Source: Podarcis filfolensis (Eukaryota). Taken from it: a stretch of 64,000 bases of DNA. A program made the position numbers and the translations under genes. The notes beneath the pieces were generated by a model that was not told where the DNA came from, ran no database searches, and saw only the letters and a program-made list of their open reading frames with translations. Positions 9,402-21,576 of the stretch are shown one piece after another. The stretch lies in assembly GCA_964270895.1 (NCBI GenBank), contig OZ185437.1, one strand, 5' to 3'. How positions within the stretch are numbered: position 1 is the stretch's first letter; every line of letters begins with the position of its first letter.

Positions 9402-9719
9402 CTGGAGACATACAATAATCCGTTTGGAGATGTCATTTTGGTGACAACTTGGCTTTGTTTACCCTAAACAGAGGGCCAAGTGTTTCATTAAGAAATGAAA
9501 TGCTAGCTTGAGGTGGGCTGCTCTACCTTCTTTGAATGGTGAGCTATCATCTTCCATGCTGTCACCTTTCTCTGGTTGTGGCCTGGTGCAAATTGTGTGC
9601 TGGATTGCATGAGCTGATGCATGGATGACCTGTGGGCTGATGGTACAGCCCTTGGACACAGATTTAGACCAAGGCTGCAGTCCTAAACATATTCACTAGG
9701 GAGTAAACTGCACTGAAAA

Positions 9720-9983
9720 TGTTAAGTTGTGGGGGAACATATCAGACGACACAACGATTCTTCAAACAGCTCTTGTTTATTCACAAGCCAGAACAGAACT
9801 GAGCTGAAGGGTTCAGCCAGTCTGCTTATATAGAGCTCCACTGCAATGCAACAGTAACCACTTTCTGTAACTATCCAATCACTGAATGTCACTTTCAATC
9901 CCTTATTTGCATATGTGGACCTGAGTGAAAACTATCTAGAGTATCCCCCTGCTGGCCCATGGTGAGAACTTCAGTACATAACA
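9720..9983 (-). mobile_element. Solo LTR (264 bp, Gypsy/BEL-like), in GABRR1 intron 8
   Basis: TGTTA...TAACA ends, octamer ATGCAAAT, ATTGG, TATATAA and AATAAA in LTR order. Near-TSD GAAAA/GAAAG. About 93% identical to the copy at 43740. Confidence 0.82.
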
Positions 9984-11189
9984 GAAAGCGCTGAGGTTTA
10001 CTTCTGGGTTGGATTGCAGTGCAGACCAGGAATCCAAAGCACAATTACCTAGAGGCCTCATTTAACTTAGAATCAGTTCTCTGCAGATTGTGCTGTAAAC
10101 TATTCAGTCTCGCAAGGAAGGATGGATAAATCTGACTTTCCAGTTTGTTTCACACGTTTTAAATCTAAGCTATGATTACATTCTGTGCCACTTCCGCATT
10201 CCATTTGAAAAGTATCAATAATTATCTAAAGGACAGGACATTCCTACATATTTAAGTTATGGATCGAAATAGCGGTGATGCACGACAAGAAGGTAAATAG
10301 GCAGATGACCACAAAATGTGACAATCTGAAGTCACAGTAGTGCATAATCACCCCTTAGCCAGGGGCCACAACCCTGTATTCGTTACCAATCAATTAATAT
10401 TGGTCAGAACCAAATAGCTTTGCATATGCAGTTTAATCACTGCTGAAAGTGTGAATGCAGTGACCACTTTATATCCTATCCCTTTGAGTGAAGACTTTTC
10501 TCTCATCATTTACATCAGCAAAGAAAGATTTCCCTGCTTGGGCTTTGACAGAATCCTGCTTTGTGAGAGAAAGAGCAAAAGGTCCCGGAGCTAATACCGT
10601 CTCCTTTGGAGTCTATGATGTCACATGCAGTGCTGCAAATATACACTACTCAAACTCTCTCAAGATACTACACCATAAACCCCTGCCTATTTCCTAATGG
10701 GCATGAATTCATTGGACTCTGTCTAGGCTAGAGAATACAACTGTAACATCAGAAGCAATGAATTGGGAAGGGAAGAGAACTAGGAGATCCAAATGCAAAT
10801 TTAATAAATAGATAATCACAGCTATGCCTACTGATGGAGCCCCTGAAATGTTAAAATATAATTTTCCACTCAATGCTTCATACTCTGCAAATATTACTGA
10901 TATTATTTCTCTATTTTACATTGCTTTCTGAACATTTAGCTCAGAAAAGTGACTAATAAATAAGCAATTCTTAGCCTATTTCTACAGTGCCATCCATGAA
11001 TGTGGATGCATCCAGGCCTCCACCTGCCATAGACCCCCATGGCCAGCTAATACTCCCCCAACAAATAGGAGAAGGGAGTGAGAAACAGTCTCAGACATTG
11101 CAACGTCACCTGCTGTTCAGAGAGACCCTCCTGGATTGGCATTGCTATAAAAAGAGCAGGTCAGACACAGCGAGGTTTGGTTTGTTTAC

Positions 11190-11342
11190 CTAAGGGAACT
11201 CTTGCAGGCACAGCTCTGCGGTCTATCCAAAAGGACACCCAGGACAGCATGACCATCAGAGTGGCAGGGAAATAGGTCTGGAGTAAGAAGAAGAAGATAT
11301 GCCGGCGTAAAGTGAAGTTGATGTAGAGGCGGTTGTACCAGC
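11190..11342 (-). CDS. GABRR1: rho1 coding exon 8 (TM1 and start of TM2), 153 nt
   Basis: Encodes (G)WYNRLYINFTLRRHIFFFLLQTYFPATLMVMLSWVSFWIDRRAVPARVPL(G). The 2' Pro is diagnostic of rho1. Confidence 0.98.
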
Positions 11343-11967
11343 CTACAGGAGACAAAGAAGGTAGAAGTCAATCACAAAAGCCCACATCCACACCGTACAT
11401 TTAAAGTGATCTTGTACCACTTTAACAGTCATTGCATTTTCCCAAAAAATCCTGGGAACTGTAGTTTATGAAGGGTGCTGACCTCGTATAACTACAACTA
11501 TCCAAACGTTTTGCACACCTTAGATGTACTCCTCAATAACAGAGACTTCAAAACAGCAGTCCCCAAAGATGACTACCATGTTGTTTGCATGGTGGTGGTA
11601 ATCATCACTTGGTAGCAATAGTACTTTGAAGCTTTTACTGTACAGCAACTCCTTTCTAAACAGCCTTTTCGAAAAGCAGTTGCTACAGGATGAGATTATC
11701 ACCCTGTTAATAATAAGCTCTTTGAATTAACCCCATACCAAAGATACTGGGTTACAGCATTGTGCACAAACCCAAATTTGGGGTTCAGCAGCACAATCTG
11801 GCATCGGCTGCCGAGCCCTTTGCAGGGAAGACAACGTGTGACATGATGCCACAGCAGCCTCTCTGGCAAGTCCAAAGACAGTTTCTCTAAGTAGCGATCA
11901 AACCTATTTCCATAAAAATCGACAATAATTGAGCCTTGTCCAGGCTTTATTGTCAAAATTCACTCAC

Positions 11968-12108
11968 CTGTGCTGCTATAAAAGGCAAGTTTGGTGGTAG
12001 TGTGAAACTCTTGTATGAGGAACTGGGATAGCGATATCCTCTCATCTGTTTTCAGGGAGTCGTTGCCATTCTTCCAGTACAGCATGAGATCATCTTCAGT
12101 GTAAGCAT
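11968..12108 (-). CDS. GABRR1: rho1 coding exon 7, 141 nt
   Basis: Encodes (Y)AYTEDDLMLYWKNGNDSLKTDERISLSQFLIQEFHTTTKLAFYSST(G). Acceptor ctctctag|, donor G|GTGAGT. Confidence 0.98.
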
Positions 12109-12635
12109 CTAGAGAGGGAGGACATATTAACTCATTTATTGTAATGAAACCAGTTGGCACTGTGGCCTAAGTCGCGTACCAAATGCTATCTTACTGTCAA
12201 CAGATATACACCATATAGTCCAGTGACAGGATTTTATTTTCTATTTAATATGAGCTCTTATTTACTTTTCTCTCATTTAAGTGAATAGCTGCTGTTGACA
12301 TATATGAGAATAAGGAAAGGACCTGAGAGCAGACTCTTTAACATCAATGTTGGGGGGTGGAGGACATGTATTGCCTCTGCTTCTCCGCAATTCCCAGTTT
12401 CACCTCTGAAAATATCATCCACTTCTTTTTTAATCAAGTGAAAGCAAAAGGTGGGCAGCTGTTAATTTACAAATTTTTACATTAATAATTTTACTTACTA
12501 CTTTTTTTGCACAATGCTTTATGAACCCAGTAATTAGCCACAACAACAGATAAGAAAACAAGGGACACTGTACTGTCTGTAGATTGTTTGCTGGAGTATA
12601 AGCAACATTTTTTTTTAAAAACCCAATATAATTAT

Positions 12636-12695
12636 TATTTTAGGCCCTCATCATCCAATCTAGTCTATTTTAGGCCCTCGTCATCCAATCTAGTC
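12636..12695. repeat. 30-bp tandem duplication
   Basis: TATTTTAGGCCCTC(A/G)TCATCCAATCTAGTC twice. Confidence 0.9.
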
Positions 12696-13065
12696 ACAGA
12701 CCTGCAAGGGCCATGACTAGCAGGGGCAATAGAGGAGGGAGTTTGTACTCGGTCTCCTTTTGCAAGAGGGCTTTACTGAAATTAAAGTAGTCACAGAGAA
12801 GAAGCAGGGTGTTTGTTCCTATATCTTTGTAAGCAAAAGAAAAAAGAATTGTTGGACAATTCATTGTGAGCTGTGCTCACTCTTCTTAGGGCAGCAGTAC
12901 CAATTATGTGCGCACAGCACTCATGCTGAGGTTGCATAATTTCTCCAGCACACAGCTATGGAAAGCACAGGAACACCCTTTCAGAATAAAAGCACACAAC
13001 CCCTATTTTGAAACAAAATGTGAGGCATCAGCATTCGGCCTTCTTCAGAGATCCTGTTTACTTAC

Positions 13066-13148
13066 AGCTTTCAATTTCCAGTGAACACGTTTGTGTGTCA
13101 AGGGGAAAGCGACTAAAATCCATGTTACACATAGCTGTTACAGTAACC
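13066..13148 (-). CDS. GABRR1: rho1 coding exon 6 (Cys-loop), 83 nt
   Basis: Encodes (R)[27 protein letters not shown](Y), containing the C-x13-C Cys-loop. Acceptor tttctag|, donor T|GTAAGT. Confidence 0.98.
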
Positions 13149-13380
13149 CTAGAAACAGAATAAGCATATTTAAAATGTCTTCCTTTTACATGATTAAAAA
13201 GCCACATATTTTAAAAAGAAAACACAAAGCAGGAATAATGCACGTTAGATGCATGCCTAGTTTGTAACACTTTCACATGTTTCAAGTCCGTACAGTTCTT
13301 TATATATGGAGAAGTAATTCCTTTGCATTCAACTAGGCTCACTCCCTAAGGCTATAGTCCTCTGCACACATACCTAGGAG

Positions 13381-13560
13381 CAGGGGCGCCGGCTCCTGGG
13401 GACCAAGGCACTGTGGGGACCCCTATCTCTTTTTTGAGAGGGTGGGGTCCCCTCAATATTCAGAGGGCCCTATGCACGACGTCAGGACGTTGTATGATGT
13501 GTGTGACATCAAGATGTTGCTTTGGGCCCCCTCAATCATTTGGAGAAGCTGGCGCTTCTG
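13381..13560. mobile_element. hAT MITE in GABRR1 intron 5
   Basis: CAGGGGCGCCGGCT...AGCTGGCGCTTCTG TIRs, with flanks CCTAGGAG/CCTAGATG. Confidence 0.65.
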
Positions 13561-14350
13561 CCTAGATGTCCCAGTGATTCAGTGGAAGTACGTCTCATTC
13601 AACATGCACAAGGTAGGCTGTGTTGACTCATGGGGTCTTACTTTTGAATTAACAGGTCTGGCTTGCACTGAAAAGAAGTGAACCAGATTTGTGGTGGGAA
13701 GTACCCTGCTGACTCAGGAGCAAAAAAGGGTTGTCTTCCACAAACCAAACTTGGCACATGTGAATCCCCAAAGCAGGACAACACCCAGACAACACTGTCA
13801 GGAGACCTTTGCCATTCTTGACTTTTGTTAAAAGTTGTGAAATTGACTGATAACAAATATTATGCTTGCTTATCTCGAGTGAATCTAACCCCTGACATTC
13901 CAGCATAAGGTCCACTGCTGAGCTCTGGAGCACCCTTGCCCTGCTTCTCCTCCTTGCTGTTGCTATTGCTAAATCTGCAAGCAGTGACAAATGCAAGAGA
14001 GAAGGAACAGCAGCATCTCATTCTGGGTGGTGTGAAGAGTGGGCCCAGAGGGAGACCCAAGGGAATGGGCAGTGATGGCCGTGGCAAAGGAGAGGGTCCT
14101 CTGAGAGCGTCGTTCTCAAGGACCCCTCTAAATCTGAAGCTGACAATGGCTCCGTCCATCAGATGACTCCACATAGTCATCTGACAAAGTCATCTGTTAT
14201 TCTGAACTTGGATAATGTTAGTGGCACAAACTTGTGATACGTCTTGATCTGGGTTACACCCACTGAGAATTCATGCACACAGCTGTATAAGAAATGAAGT
14301 CAGCATGCTTGCAGAAGCTCAACCAAGCATTTTTGTGGATTTCACCTTAC

Positions 14351-14574
14351 CTCAAGCTGTAAAGCACCTTCCCATCTGGCTGGACCCGGAGCATGACGTT
14401 ATCTGTGGTGGTGTCATGGATAAAGGATCGTTTGGAATGCACAAAGAACATATCCGGCACCCAGATCTTTTTCACTAGTCTGCCATCAAAGGTCATGCTT
14501 TGGTTGTTGGTACTTGGAAACGATAGCCTTTCATCTTTCCAGTAATGTCTAAGGTAAAGTGTCATGGTGAAGTC
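14351..14574 (-). CDS. GABRR1: rho1 coding exon 5, 224 nt
   Basis: Encodes DFTMTLYLRHYWKDERLSFPSTNNQSMTFDGRLVKKIWVPDMFFVHSKRSFIHDTTTDNVMLRVQPDGKVLYSL(R). Acceptor tgctag|, donor AG|GTAAGG. Confidence 0.98.
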
Positions 14575-14620
14575 CTAGCATAAGCCAGAAATTGAGACAA
14601 GGAAAAATTAATTCACATTA

Positions 14621-14878
14621 AAAAGGTAAAGGAAAAGGACCCCTGACAGTGAAGTCCAGTCGCAAACGACTCTGGGGTTGCAGCGCTCATCTCGCTTTAC
14701 TGACCGAGGGAGCTGACGTTTGTCCACAGACAGTTTTTCCAGGTCATGTGGCCAGCATGACTAAGCTGCTTCTGGCGAAATCAGAGCAATGCACGGAAAC
14801 ACCATTTACCTTCCCGCCAAAGCGGTACCTATTTATCTACTTGCACTTTGACGTGCTTTCGAACTGCTAGGTTGGCAG
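14621..14878 (-). mobile_element. Sauria SINE, 5'-truncated, in GABRR1 intron 4
   Basis: Body and ACCTTT tail match the 2542 copy. 12-bp TSD TAATTCACATTA at 14609-14620 and 14879-14890. Confidence 0.9.
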
Positions 14879-15402
14879 TAATTCACATTACTATTTTTTA
14901 ATCCATAAATATTTCTTAGTCCAATATAATAAAGGAAATAAGTTTTACACTGCAATTGTAAGATTCAGGTAGAATGGCAAAGACATCCTACAAGTGTTCA
15001 GCTGCCCCCGTTCCATAGTTAAAGATGTGCTGTAATAAATACATTTTTGCCATTGGAATATTGGACTGGATTTGAAACTAATGTACAAATCCATGTCTTA
15101 GGTCATACCAAAACCATACATTTAAAGCATTCTTAAACCAATCTAACAGTCATGGCGCTCCCTCCCCCAAGAATCCTGGGAACTATAGTTTGTTAAGAGT
15201 GCTGGGAATTGTAGGTCAGTTACCAGGATTCTTTGGAGGAAAAAAAGTGGTTAAAGTGTGTGGTGTGCATGCAGCCTAAGTGTTTTGCACTCAGTAATCT
15301 CTTTTCCCACTCCTAACGTGAGGTCTGTTTTTCAGAGCAGCCCATTCCATAAAACCTCTTGTTCAGAAAGAACAACCATCCAAACATGGGCATGACACTT
15401 AC

Positions 15403-15470
15403 CATGTCAACCTCTGAAATACTGTCCAGGCTTTCAACTTGTACATCTACTCCGACAGGAATGGCTGGGC
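15403..15470 (-). CDS. GABRR1: rho1 coding exon 4, 68 nt
   Basis: Encodes (G)PAIPVGVDVQVESLDSISEVDM. Acceptor tttcttatag|, donor ATG|GTAAGT. Confidence 0.97.
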
Positions 15471-16203
15471 CTATAAGAAAGACAGCATGCAGCGCATCAG
15501 AATTGTTTATATGTTTTTAAAAGAGCACATATGAAGAAGTAGTTTGCAGTAGGGCTCTCACAAAGAAGGCAAGGGTGCAAAATGGTTTGCTGGCTGCCAT
15601 GTCTACAGGCAGTTACTGCACAGCAAAGGACTCCAAATCATACCTGGGTTATTTGTCATTAGCTGCCAAGAAGTAACTTAGGGCTGAGCTGAACCTTCTA
15701 ACAACGAAACATTAACATTAAAGAGAAGCACACAGTTGCTAGGTGAGATCACAGGCCATTTGCACCTCTGGACTGGTTCCCAGGCAAACTAGAGGCCTTC
15801 ACAGACTGGAGGCCTTCAGATGTGTTAGACTACACTGCAATGCTGGCTGGGGCTGATGGGATATGTAGTCAAAAACAAAGGAAGAATACCAGGTTGGCAA
15901 AGGCTGGTTTAATATGGAGCAGGTAAACTATGCATTGTGTTTTCCCTTAACTGATTACAGAGGTGGGGGAGCCTGATTATCACAGTGAAAGCAACACACA
16001 GGAGGCTTATCGTTTACTCCTCCAGCAAGAGAGGATGAAGATTGAATGTGCCACCCCTACTCACAAAGTAAGAAGCACTGGGGGTCCCTATGGGCAGACC
16101 AATATCTAAAAAGCCAGGACATCAAAAATGATAATGATATTGATATATACGCAAAACACTTATGGCCGATTCACATGTGCAGGTTCATTACTTAGCTCTC
16201 AAT

Positions 16204-16399
16204 TAGGAACATAGGAAGCTGCCTTATACCAAGTCAGACCAATGGTCCATCTAGCTCAGTATTGTCAACATAGCTGTGGCTCTCCAGGATGTTAGACAAA
16301 AAATAATATCTCCCAGCATTACCTGGAGATGGCTGAGATTGCACATGGAACCTTCTGCATCCTAAGCAGATGCTCTACCATTGAGCTACAGCCCTTCCC
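16204..16399 (-). mobile_element. tRNA-derived SINE (Squam3-like)
   Basis: Minus strand reads GCTGTAGCTCAATGGTAGAGCATCTG...CTGAGCTAGATGGACCATTGGTCTGAC...GGCAGCTTCCTATGTTCCTA. Confidence 0.78.
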
Positions 16400-17079
16400 C
16401 AAGTGCTATAACCACCTGTCTGCCTCCATCAATAAGTTCCATGTTCAAGGAGAAGCAAGGAGAATACAAAAACATGGTTTGAGACATTTGACACTTTGTA
16501 CAGTCATGATGTTGCAGACACACTTGTTTGAACTCAGCCAAATAGGTGTACCACTTTCCACTTTTTATACTTTGGAGATAAATATTAGAATTTCTATTTC
16601 AGCAAAGATTATCTTAGTAAAATGCATACACAAATCCTCCTGCACGAGTTAATAATGCAATTACAGAACATGAGATTTGCTAAAAGCATAAAGGTTGTTC
16701 ATGAGCACTGCTGGACAAAAAAACCCCAACAAAAAACCCTCAACCTTTTACAACTAATTGAACTTGTATTGTGCATATTGTGCATGTAGTAACAATAAGC
16801 TTCCCTCATCAAGGGGTAAAATAGTACCGGTAGTTTGGATTTGAATGACCATCTGTCAGCCAGGAAAGGGTAGATAAATTACAACATTCTTTAATCTGGT
16901 GGGGCATAAGAAAGCATGTTTTCCTAATCCTCTGTCCTAAAAGCTTGGATTTTGTATAGCACGCAACCACAATGCTGGAAGTAAAACATTAACCTGGAGC
17001 AATCTAAAATATTCTTTCTGTAGTGAAAATGCTAGATCAGCAAAATGGTGCATTAGTTGATGATATATTATACATATTA

Positions 17080-17455
17080 CGGCTGGGGAACCATTTTCAA
17101 TTTGATGGTTTTATTCCCTTCTGGACAACATTCAAGGGGCCACATGGTGGTGGTGAGCAGGGCTGGAGATAAAAGTGGGTGGAGCAAGAAATGTAAATTT
17201 TACTCTTGTACAGTAGGCTAGTTTCTGCAAGCACCCACATGCCCCTCTGAGTTCTCCATCCAGGCAGCAAAGAGGCATTATCAGTCTTCAAAGGCACATG
17301 CCAGCCAGGCAAAAACACTTGAGAAGGGTATGAAGCCGGGCAGGTGAGAGGTGGGCCCTGAGGAGGGAGTGGGGCATCAGGCAACTCCCAAAGGCCAGAT
17401 AGGTAAGGCTTACAGGGCTGCATTTGGCCCCAAGGCCTGAGGTTCCTCACCTCTA
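17080..17455. mobile_element. hAT (Charlie-like) non-autonomous element
   Basis: GGGGAACC...GGCCCCAAGGCCTGAGGTTCCTCACC ends. Boundaries approximate. Confidence 0.55.
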
Positions 17456-18887
17456 AAATAAATGAATGTGCACGTACACACACAGTTGCTGTGAAATAAA
17501 GCCTTGGGATTTCACTGCCATCTGCAGAGAAATATGACCCAACCAGGCAGTAAGGTTCAGCTTAATGCCATGAAATTTATTATTAATAGAAGGCATGTCC
17601 ATTTTTAGAACAGGCATGCCTAATTTTTTGTATTCTCAGGATTCTGTTTTTGTATACTCAGTATACTCTGCTCTATTCCTCAAACACTCCTCCAGTCAAA
17701 GTGTATTTTGCCAGTCATGTTTCTGGTCTTCATTTCAAATAAATGCTTATCCTGCAACTTCCTGGTGTTCGTGTAACAAATGTTATTGTGGGGTAGGGGG
17801 TTGTCCTGTTTCTGCTGCACTGTGGCTCTTTCAGACAGCAATAATATAATAGCATTGGGGAAAGAAAGCACAAAGAAAGTGGATTTAATCCAACATGTGC
17901 CACAGAATACATCCACAATAAAATACCAGTCTGCAGGGGTCCTAAGACTTCCATTTATAATTTAAGTTTATGAGGGAATTGTACTTATCTGCACATAACA
18001 TTGTACTTAAAAAAATATTCTCTGGCAATTCAGATAGGTCAATAAGCTTGCAAGAGATACGCTGCAGAAACAAACAAAAGCTCATTGTTCCTAAGCTTTT
18101 CAAAAAGGCAGCTGCCCATCAGTTAAGAGAGACGAACTAGCCAGCAAAGCCAAATAAACGTCACATTTAAACCACCATTCGTAATAACCCGCAAGCAAAG
18201 GGCAGTTCTTATGTTCTTATATGCGGAATATGATAGAGCCAAACTGAAGGCTCTTTAGCACAACAGGAACGTTTTCTGAGCTAAATAAGGTCACAGACAT
18301 ATTTGTGGCTTAATTTCAGTCAGGCGTCTGAACCCGTTTTAAAAACCAGAGCTGAGCCCTTCAATACGGAAATAAGAAAAAGCGCCACAGAAAATACTCT
18401 TCCCTGTTGCCCTCAAAATACCCTTTTCCTCCCACGTCTGGGATTAACGTAGGAGGGCACTGATTCGCTCTCTTAAAAAAATATATTACTTGAGTTTTAT
18501 CAAAATATAACCACTTCACTCAAGCAAACAAGCCACATCAGCTGCTTGTCACATTTCCGCCCCGCCCCCCCCAGCCTCTGCGACCATCTGGTTTCATCCT
18601 TAACACAAGGGGGAGGAGCCTGTGGTACTCCAGGTGCTATTGGACTCCAATTCTCTTCATCCCCAACTAGTATGTTCAATGAAGCAGGGAGTGATGGGAA
18701 CTGTAACCTGACAACATATGGACAGCCACAGGTTCTCCAACCCTGCTTTAACAGCTTAATGGCAGGCAGGAATTCAACGTACACAGCTCTTCTCAGCGTC
18801 AGGATGCAGCAAGAGAGGAAGCTGCACTTATTATATTTCTGCCTGCCCTGGTGTTAACTAAATGCACAGTGACTCTGTGAGGGTAGT

Positions 18888-19179
18888 CAGGGCCGGCCTA
18901 CTCATGAGGTTGGCTGAGGCAGCACCTCAGGTGGCAGAATGCCAAGAGGCGGCCTGCCCATCCTGCTTTCTCCACCGCTGGCAGAGAAGAGGCAGGGGCA
19001 CTGGCTTCCAGGGAGATCTCACAAGATCCCGTGCACTCCGTGTGATCTTGCCAGAACCCACCATCACTGCTGCTGCCACACGGATGCTGCCACATGACCC
19101 AGGTAAGGGAGGCTCTGGTGATGCGGAATGACACCTTCCTGTTTTGCCTCAGGCGGCAAAGTAGGACGTGCCACTCCTG
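18888..19179. mobile_element. hAT MITE in GABRR1 intron 3
   Basis: CAGGGCCGG...CTCCTG ends with an 8-bp TSD AGGGTAGT/AGGGGAGT. Confidence 0.7.
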
Positions 19180-19347
19180 AGGGGAGTGCATGAAAGCTAA
19201 ACTTCAGGGTGAAAGCAAGGGAATACCTTTACCTGTAGATATTGAGTATTCCTATAGACTTCTTTTAATTAAAAAAATCACTAAGAGGTGTTTTTAAGAA
19301 AACACAGAGAGGAAAAAAGAATATCAACAGAAGTTTACATGTCATAC

Positions 19348-19454
19348 CTCCAAAACCTGGCCGCATGCTGAAGTCATGGTCATCTATTCTCAGAAGTTGC
19401 TCTGACTTTGTAAGTGGTGATTTGGTGATATCAGGACTTCGTTTCAATATTGGA
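19348..19454 (-). CDS. GABRR1: rho1 coding exon 3, 107 nt
   Basis: Encodes (S)PILKRSPDITKSPLTKSEQLLRIDDHDFSMRPGFG(G). Acceptor catag|, donor G|GTATGA. Confidence 0.97.
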
Positions 19455-20824
19455 CTATGTGGAGAAAGAGAAAAGCACAATTGTACTACTGCACTATTCC
19501 TTAATGTGGGTTCTCCAGGGGGCTCACAGAACACCAATCTGGTGTGTGGAGACACAAATCAAGTAATTGTATTGGTTAAATGCCTAAAAAATAGTCCAGT
19601 CCCAATATTTCCTAGAGTGGTGGATAACCTCGCCGAGTTCATTGGCAGTTCAATCCTATGTCTGTTTTCTCAGAAGTAAGTTCCGCGGTGTTCAATGGAA
19701 CCTCCTCTCAGAAAAGAGCATATAAGATTACAGACTGAAAGGCATGAGGAGATGAAATGATATTTGACATGTCACTGACTTCATCTCCTCCAGCTCTGCT
19801 CAAGTAACTGGACCCACCAACAATCACGGACTAGTAGGGGAGCTATGCAAAACCTTTGAAAAATAACCCCATATGATCTGGTGTATTTTTAGACAGCTAG
19901 TGTGATAGGAGTGCTAAAGCACGTTTCAGATTATTCAGTCCCTATTGAACAAACACAACATTGTGCAGCGTATAGCACGCTGTCTAATGTATCTTTACCG
20001 TAATTGCTAAGTAAACAGGAACAGGGGCAGGGCCAGGAAGCACTGAGAAGTGAATTGTAAGCAAGTCTAAGATAGTTTTGTGACAGGCATTAAAGAAACA
20101 ATGCTGCAAAGCCAACTGGCTGCAGCCCAAGAGCAAATGTGGCAAGTTGGGAGCCCAGCCAGGCTGGAAGCAGGTTTGCAGAGAAAAGGCTTCCATACCT
20201 GCTCCAGATATCTTAGGAAAGGCAAAGAGAGCCTTAAAGAGGGGAGGGCGAAAACACAGAAGCAATTACTTCAGAACAGTCACCTCAGCTTAGGCCCACC
20301 TCCACACACCCACCCACAAGCCAAATGTAGTCCATCAGCATTGTAGGGAAGCTCACTGGCGATGTGGCAAAGCAGTTCTTCCTGTCTGTATGGGCTTGTC
20401 AAATCAGGAAGCTGCCATGCATGCGACAGGCCTCATACAGGGCTGATGTGCAGGCTGCATTTAGCTGGGTGAGTTTAAAGTTGTGCTAGTTCTGCTTGGG
20501 AAGCAAATTTGGTTGCACAGTCTAGGCGGTCTGAGCTGGATGTTTGCCTGGTTTATTTCGAAAGCAGGGCTGAGGTAATTTGCTGCTCAGGCCCACTGCT
20601 TCGATTTCAAGTTTGCAACACGCTGGTTACTTGATATGTTGACAGTGACTTGGTAGTGGTACTCGAGCCTAAATACTTTTGCTCCACTGTAACCATTGGA
20701 AATAGACTTGAAACCAAGAGCGCTGCTGGCCAGCTGCTTGTTTTCACCATCGCCAGTATCACCCAGCAGAATGGGAGGAAGAGCTAGCATCTTCCATTGG
20801 GTTTCATGCCCCTGGATTTAATTT

Positions 20825-20995
20825 TGTATAGGAAGCTGCTTTGTACTGAATCAGATCACTGGTCCACCTAACTTAATATCTTCTAACTGGCAGCAGCTCT
20901 CCAGTTTCAAACAGGGCTCCATGCCAACCCTTTCTGAAGATGCTAGGAACTTCCTGCGTGCAAAGCAAGTGCTCTACCACCTGCTATTGGTCCCA
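20825..20995 (-). mobile_element. Degenerate copy of the same tRNA-SINE family
   Basis: Partial similarity to 16204-16399 (GTGGTAGAGCACTTG head, TAGGTGGACCAGTGATCTGA). Confidence 0.55.
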
Positions 20996-21522
20996 GACAA
21001 CAATCATGCCTCCTGAAAACAGCTCAAAGTGACAGGCTTCTGGCATGACTTCTTGCCCAAAGGAGAAGTCTCTCTCTCCTTGCCTCCCCTGTGTGTATGT
21101 GTGTTGGCTGATGTAAAGCTAGCAGCATCCAGCAGCTTTGTGTGGATCTCGCCCCTTTTTGAGTCTCTTGTGCCATGTTTACTACAACCTCCTAAGCCCA
21201 GGTTATTATACTTAGTTATTAGTAGTGCATAGTTTATGATGCAACAGCATCTAACTTCATGTATATAGTGTGAATAATTGTCTTGTGACTTGAAGCACTA
21301 AAACACTTCACGTTGAACTTTGGGCAAAGAGTTTTCCTCACTGTCAAGTCTGAAATAGCTGACAATGGAAAAGAACCAAGATCTTGAAGCTCTGCTAGTT
21401 ACACTGGCATGGGTGTGATCTGAAAACTTTATCAGTACTGACTTCTGCTGAGGGTAGGGGTGGTTACAAAGGAGAGAAGGCATAGGAAAGGACGTTGGCC
21501 TGTTCCATTTTTAGTAGCATAC

Positions 21523-21576
21523 CTGCCTTGCTTGTGTGATTCTCCATGTGTTTCTCTTCTCTGTCTTTGAGGCCGA
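21523..21576 (-). CDS. GABRR1: rho1 coding exon 2, 54 nt, phase 2-2
   Basis: Encodes (S)RPQRQRRETHGESHKQG. Acceptor ttcatag|T, donor CAG|GTATGC. Confidence 0.93.

Noticed and set aside
13860-14180. Overlapping 76-115 aa ORFs in intron 5
   Set aside because: No recognisable domain or splice context; probably degenerate repeat sequence.
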